A stretch of DNA of 64,000 bases, from contig JASLZX010000001.1 of NCBI GenBank assembly GCA_030754655.1, positions 91,059 through 155,058 on the forward strand. The letters run 5' to 3'. This stretch comes from Candidatus Poseidoniia archaeon. Lineage in GTDB: Archaea; Thermoplasmatota; Poseidoniia; MGIII; CG-Epi1. Within the stretch, counting starts at the first letter, position 1. Every line of letters starts with the position of its first letter. Below are positions 63,801-64,000 of the stretch, one piece after another. The notes beneath the pieces were generated by a model. It saw only the letters and a list, made by a program, of their open reading frames with translations. It was not told where the DNA came from and searched no databases. Position numbers and translations under genes: made by a program.

Positions 63801-64000
63801 GGTCGTCGAAATTTCGGAAGACGGTGGCGAGACATGGGGCATATTTGCGCCTATTGGTGGCTATACCCAGTCAATCTACAACTACGCGTTCTACGCGAAC
63901 CCGCTCGGGGGCTACCCCGCGTTTACCAATTATGGTAGTGCGGGCGGTGCCTTCACCTACACACCCTCGCCACAGGCGTGGGAGAAGAAGAGCTTCGATC
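60868..64000 (+). CDS. Very large secreted/cell-surface protein, 5' partial (runs off the window end; at least 1044 aa). Not in the ORF track because no stop is reached.
   Basis: Manual translation from ATG 60868 is open to 64000. N-terminal TM/signal (LVAFVVAVTMVTSTFVLLAPNAAA). Y/S/T/D/G-rich. Repeated modules …KFKHSYFFYFRYEGAILEASTDGGTTWEYIE… and …LTFWHSYYFYYTYDGVVVEISEDGGETWGIFAP… with Asp-box-like SxDGGxTW motifs. Confidence 0.65.
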   Translation, partial: MQETRTENYIAWTARLVAFVVAVTMVTSTFVLLAPNAAAKTGGPDTSGYSFTDSTESDGKVSYDWIDILSTGTSIGNPGDYVTSAFDMGFTITYYGVDYDEFYVGGDNGWFTFDAPSVSYAWVPYLMPWTGIAGTMLSPYWQDYRYCASGADIKYETLGTAPDRKLVITWNKMNMYYYCTSSDTTTFQAIVHENGNIVYQYQDGTFYGAGTYETVSIGIQAKGDGLSYAYSQMSSSYNNKAIMFYPPPPPVDQLKLENPSVPDPLSLATENTMSTSVVNKGTDTQTDVGVNAKVFSTSVNTVIDEDFDSGPGAFTSSATHGADLWTGDINDSQGAHVSNYNYGDDYYNDGDTSDRSMSSGRKEAAVGGMFDDSTRLHHDGTHLYVADRLHGQIWKFDSSNSGTVVIQGLTNPLDVTTDSSGNIYVIGRCSGIGYLYCTNTWVKKFSSTGTLLWTTGGSTIKYGTGITYYDGQVFALQVHFQTANTKIVKLDADDGSLDGSFRYGNGKSRSYYWEDLDVDDDTGDIWMIWRHYTQSTLRKYTRSSGGSYSANSYTDCTYGGPGYLYYSSSVDVYEGSVYTSGYYYTSFYGGLKKISTTSCSWSTVVADYGGGWNTYVGSIAMTDTHVYVSSMYHFREYYFFNAYDKIGYYDLSDGSLDKVLGPQDAMLSHLSTPSIDASTAVGMTLKFKHSYFFYFRYEGAILEASTDGGTTWEYIEKDKFTTGGYVSGINGQIMSWYNTPEEVVMKQAYTYYAYNGGLGGFDVACRQECKWDYTEVDLTDYTGFPDVKVRWTVAYNQYWYASAWLYYNSYFRLDDVSVDLVDIDQTFVDETKTIASIDFKETKTLTFAPFTPAANGLKSGAMVGVSMNIIDDYNDEDLSDNRFSVFRDVKFVIISENFDDCDASDWLFGRDYSGASIWSADNKDAHSAPCSLDSGSKYDQTSPGDPWASTGNLDLKMPVSAELTFWHSYYFYYTYDGVVVEISEDGGETWGIFAPIGGYTQSIYNYAFYANPLGGYPAFTNYGSAGGAFTYTPSPQAWEKKSFD

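Overview
Overview. This is a high-GC (about 63-65%) archaeal chromosomal window, clearly euryarchaeal. It has archaeal-type r-proteins, TBP, aIF5A, aIF5B, RadA, RPA, Topo VI-A, ArcTGT and archaeal-type tRNAs. A marine Poseidoniales/MGII-like lineage is my inference, not demonstrated.

Core layout (coordinates throughout are approximate, plus or minus a few nt, because they come from hand indexing):
- The window opens inside the conserved ribosomal supercluster: L32e(partial)-L19e-L18-S5-L30-L15-SecY-[hexapeptide transferase]-Adk-DUF106/Oxa1-like. Stop/start overlaps are translationally coupled.
- Seven tRNA genes follow across the window: Glu-CTC, Ser-CGA, Ala-GGC, Ser-GCT, Arg-TCT, Pro-CGG and Leu-CAA. 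All seven genomically encode the 3' CCA.
- A replication/recombination block runs RPA1-RPA-associated OB-RadA.
- Other translation genes are GlyRS, MetRS and aIF5B.
- Two archaeosine genes are present, ArcTGT and QueD.
- A fatty-acid beta-oxidation operon (thiolase, reversed-order HCDH/ECH, long acyl-CoA dehydrogenase) sits divergent from a TrmB-family regulator.
- A TBP-aIF5A-agmatinase cluster lies near the right end.
- Several secreted or surface proteins and a greater-than-1040-aa Y/S/T/D-rich surface protein run off the window end.

Most interesting candidate systems, none recognisable to me as a described system:
1. A tightly coupled 4-gene operon: one unknown protein plus three KaiC/RecA-like paralogs (one canonical, one without a P-loop, one with a GKE-degenerate Walker A).
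2. A cassette of an RHH-fused LmbE/PIG-L deacetylase, a GT4 glycosyltransferase and an ATP-grasp ligase. It is reminiscent of bacillithiol/mycothiol or GPI-type GlcN pathways, with a different ligase chemistry.
3. An OB-fold protein with an RGG box and two retroviral-type CCHC zinc knuckles (Lin28/CNBP-like architecture), divergent from the RPA operon. A K/R-rich reading frame continues past its stop.
4. A eukaryote-like RGG/Pro repeat N-terminal extension on ribosomal protein uS5.
5. A left-handed beta-helix acyl/acetyltransferase inserted between secY and adk inside the r-protein operon.
6. A ubiquitin-like (MoaD/ThiS, C-terminal GG) gene directly upstream of a pentapeptide-repeat multi-pass membrane protein.

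All functional calls rest on motif-level reading of the translations. No database searches were run.
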